Virus record (IMG/VR): IMGVR_UViG_3300022752_000019
Location: 1 to 64,000 of that record
Source of the DNA: a virus
Reading direction: 5' to 3' (one strand)
DNA length: 64,000 nt
Both the position numbers and the translations under genes were made by a program. Shown here in pieces: positions 62,101 to 64,000 of this stretch (its first letter is position 1; each line of letters starts with the position of its first letter). The notes under the pieces were generated by a model that was not told the DNA's origin, did no database searches, and saw only the letters and a program-made list of their open reading frames with translations.

Positions 62101-64000
62101 CAAGCTCTTTCTCGGATGCCTTTAGTTCCTTGTTAACGTCGATGTCCCTTAGCTTCTCCTCGATGATGGCAAAGCCGGACTTCCGTCCAACCGCGCCCGA
62201 CTCGGTCAACAGCTTCTGGAACTCAGGCTTGGGCATCTTGAGGAGTAGGCGAATCGGCTCCTCAAACATGGGGTTGGGAATGCGCACACCCAACTCCATG
62301 TGTGTCCACTTGGTTCCCTCAAGGCCGCCAGTCTTGGCCTTATCGAATAGGCCGCCACGTTCTTCTTTGGTCAAAGAGCCCTTGGCTGCGAGTGTCTTCT
62401 CGGGGAATGCAAGGGCTCCCGAACTCTGGGCAATCGTCTGCTTGTCCGTCATCGGCATGAGCGAGTACTCGCGGCCCTTACGGTCCGTGTAGACGCCCAT
62501 CGCGCGAAGGTAGTGAGTGAACTGCTCCATTGAGCGCGGAACTTTCGGAGGAGGCGGACGCTCTCCACGCATGATGCGTGTCCACACGTCCTCCGCCTGT
62601 TCGCGGTCGGACTTGTAAGTCTGCATCTCACGAAGGTTCTGCTTGGCCCCGTGGGCAAGCAGGGTGTAGGTGTCCAGGCCGCCAATGCGCTGACCGCCCT
62701 CTCCGAGGCCCGATCCCTGTGATGCCTCGCCGGTGGTCTTGTACGCATAGCCGAAGCCGCCAGCACGAGCAGAGATCTTTTTCTCGGCCTGATGGTCCAG
62801 CTTCAGGATGTACTGATGGCCCGTGAGAACCTGTCCCAGGCTCTCGCCTGTCTCCGGATCAAAAAGCTCATCGGTATCGGAGATCTTGTGCTTCTTGAGT
62901 TCCTCCTTGACGAGAGCTGCGTAGTCAGTGCCCGGCTCAAAGTTGTTGATCACGAAAGGCTTGCCGGTCTTGAGGGCAACCTTGCTGACCGCAGTCTCGA
63001 GCACCTGTCCAGGGTTCATACGCGAAGGAATGCCCGCTGGAGACAGCAGGACGTGAACTGGATTACCGTCCTTGTCCTTCGGCATCTTGTCATCGGGCAG
63101 AATCTTAGTAACAATGCCCTTGTTTCCGTGACGACCAGAGAGCTTGTCGCCGACCTCCATGGTCTGCTCGGTGCGAATGAACACGGCGATCTTGCGGCCA
63201 TTGTTCGACACGCGAGCTACGGTTCCGCCGTACTCGTGATCCCAGCGAACGCCTGCATCGGTGTAGTCCTGAATGGCTCCCTTTAGCCGGCGACGGATGT
63301 CCTCGGTATCCTTGGACATGACCTGCTTCTGGAGCTTGGCGATCAGTACGTCACCAGGCTCAACTTTCTGCCCTACGCGGATCACTCCATCGTCGTCGAG
63401 CTTCTGAAGGATCTCTGGGGTCGCCTTGACGGGACCAGCGTACTGACGCCACATCTTCTTGTTGACGACAACGTTCGGGTGCATCTCGGCTTCTGCCGAG
63501 TGCAGATGGCTGGAGATCAACTTCTGCGCGGCTGACTCCGAGATGACGACGCCGTCCTCGAAGTTGTACCCACGGTACGGGATGTACGCGACACGCAGAT
63601 TTGTACCAAGCGCCAGCTTGCCGCCCTTGGTGAAGTTGGAGTCCGCGAGAAGCTGCCCTCTACGAACTTTGTCTCCTACTGCGACCTTGGGCTCCGAGTG
63701 GAGCATGTGCTTCGCGCCGTTGAGCGGGAAGTTCTCATACAGCGCGTGGGTGTACCGCTTCTTATCGTCGCCCTCGACAACAATGCGCTGCTTAGAGACC
63801 TCGATGACTTTACCGTCCGCGTCCGAGGTGATTGCCGCGGTCGCGCCTACGATGTCTTCGTAGGACGCTCCACCGGAAGCCTGGGTCTGAACAAGGGGGG
63901 CCTCTCTTTCGCGAAGTCCTACAGCTTGCTCCTGGTGCTTGGCCGCCATCATTGCGCGGTTGCCGTTGTCGTTTTGGACGAACGGGATCAGGTTCGCGCT
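59192..64000 (-). CDS. DNA-directed RNA polymerase, fused beta-beta' polypeptide (5' truncated by window edge)
   Basis: Beta motifs LIPF..NRAMM, GYNFEDG, GDKLSGRHGNKG, PSRMN; beta' motifs GKRQDLSGRSVI, RDPALH, FNADFDGD, GARKG, GEP..MRTFH in one frame. Confidence 0.95.
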   Translation of the reverse strand, partial: SANLIPFVQNDNGNRAMMAAKHQEQAVGLREREAPLVQTQASGGASYEDIVGATAAITSDADGKVIEVSKQRIVVEGDDKKRYTHALYENFPLNGAKHMLHSEPKVAVGDKVRRGQLLADSNFTKGGKLALGTNLRVAYIPYRGYNFEDGVVISESAAQKLISSHLHSAEAEMHPNVVVNKKMWRQYAGPVKATPEILQKLDDDGVIRVGQKVEPGDVLIAKLQKQVMSKDTEDIRRRLKGAIQDYTDAGVRWDHEYGGTVARVSNNGRKIAVFIRTEQTMEVGDKLSGRHGNKGIVTKILPDDKMPKDKDGNPVHVLLSPAGIPSRMNPGQVLETAVSKVALKTGKPFVINNFEPGTDYAALVKEELKKHKISDTDELFDPETGESLGQVLTGHQYILKLDHQAEKKISARAGGFGYAYKTTGEASQGSGLGEGGQRIGGLDTYTLLAHGAKQNLREMQTYKSDREQAEDVWTRIMRGERPPPPKVPRSMEQFTHYLRAMGVYTDRKGREYSLMPMTDKQTIAQSSGALAFPEKTLAAKGSLTKEERGGLFDKAKTGGLEGTKWTHMELGVRIPNPMFEEPIRLLLKMPKPEFQKLLTESGAVGRKSGFAIIEEKLRDIDVNKELKASEKELAEASENELNVAYKRVRYLRALKELGIKPVDAYTNKVLPVLPPSLRRVSIGFDGTQIIDPANKMYAIIGQMVKQLEQAEKEKMPIGEIQKVQAQIYETTKALRVTGMQMEGKQVPSLMDKMTGLRQPKQSFFQSGVLGKRQDLSGRSVITPDPEMPLDEVGVPREMAMEMYKPFVIKELWRNMGRATSPGEARMMIKKNHPAANEALERVVRDRPAMMKRDPALHLFSILAFRPRLIEGKSIKIHPLVTGGFNADFDGDTMALYVPITDAAVQEAKNMMPSKNLFSPTSGGLMVTPSQDSVLGIFQATEWGKPVSGEFTEEQAIQAVKAGKIKSYNVIKVKGLKKPTTAGRLMINATLPQQFKGDEDLLYDPSFRMAKGSMKRFATRVARAEPEEFSKMIDQWKTIGFNLAFKNGSSVSINDFHDGFKLRDEVLVKYKKEEDSILKGSGSKQQKDEKIIALYQKAQKELKQVGEARYNSRLDNRMWDWARSGAKGDWNQFGQMVMGPMLVQDPMNQTVPFAITKSFGEGLPVSQYYASLHGARKGTIDRASATAKPGALTKELINTVIDNTIKSKDCGTIRGALLSSMEADIEGRFLAGEVPLKGGEAIPKGTLITPQIRSKIKNDGPKKILVRSPLHCNEVKGICATCYGLSERGSLYPIGTNVGIIAGHALGEPITQMQMRTFHTGGVGGTSGVGDYFTAAEDLFKVPKKLKGAAVLSTVAGKVEKIENDALGGKIVTIDGKQHVVPFTSPLLPSIRVGVEVDKAEALSEGRKNPHDILAITKNMGAVRTHIADSLNELYVETTGNERRRNIETVIRAMTDLTRVDDPGDDHAYLRGQLVPMSEIERKNKELRSMNKREIKHTPQLKAMNKMPLAGQEDWMARLNFQRLEETYVEGAAQNWKSDIHGHPIAGIAHGAEFGLEPPGAVKLPNAPGVPDRMVNVPKATLPGKPAPTTPSERKTSGFLSFF

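Noticed and set aside
59192-64000. Host rpoBC operon, implying bacterial chromosome or a prophage boundary
   Set aside because: The gene is co-oriented and contiguous with virion genes, is diverged, lacks the beta' zinc domain and has no ribosomal-protein neighbours.
1-64000. tRNA/rRNA genes and stop-codon reassignment
   Set aside because: No cloverleaf or rRNA-like segment was recognised by eye (tRNAscan not run). TAA, TAG and TGA all end well-formed genes and coding density is high under the standard code.

Overview
This window is a 64 kb segment of a large, GC-rich tailed phage, most likely a jumbo myovirus; it is not bacterial chromosome. The left part (about 1-27.3 kb, mostly + strand) is an early/accessory region. 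It holds a DUF6745-like gene pair, a tandem array of 8-9 translationally coupled paralogous mini-genes, a thymidylate module (dUTPase, dCMP deaminase, a frameshifted DUF3310 gene, ThyX), a type II topoisomerase B subunit, a ParB-like protein, an Acb2/Tad1-like sponge and a MoxR-type AAA+/VWA pair. The right part (about 27.3-64 kb, mostly - strand) is the virion module: tail tube, a 1242 aa sheath, neck proteins, major capsid protein, prohead protease, an intein-containing large terminase and a baseplate spike-like protein. It ends in a single-chain beta-beta' fused RNA polymerase that runs off the window end. The most notable signals are (1) a pervasive K-x-A/S motif in head-associated proteins, which appears to delimit modular glycine-zipper cargo segments with shared leaders; (2) the paralogue array at 1.2-3.6 kb; (3) the fused RNAP together with a recurring TA(A/G)A(A/T)(A/T)-N11-16-G(A/T)CATAA promoter-like motif; (4) an intein beginning with Thr; and (5) an Acb2/Tad1-like protein with a duplicated signature helix. 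All family calls are from motif recognition by eye; no searches were run.
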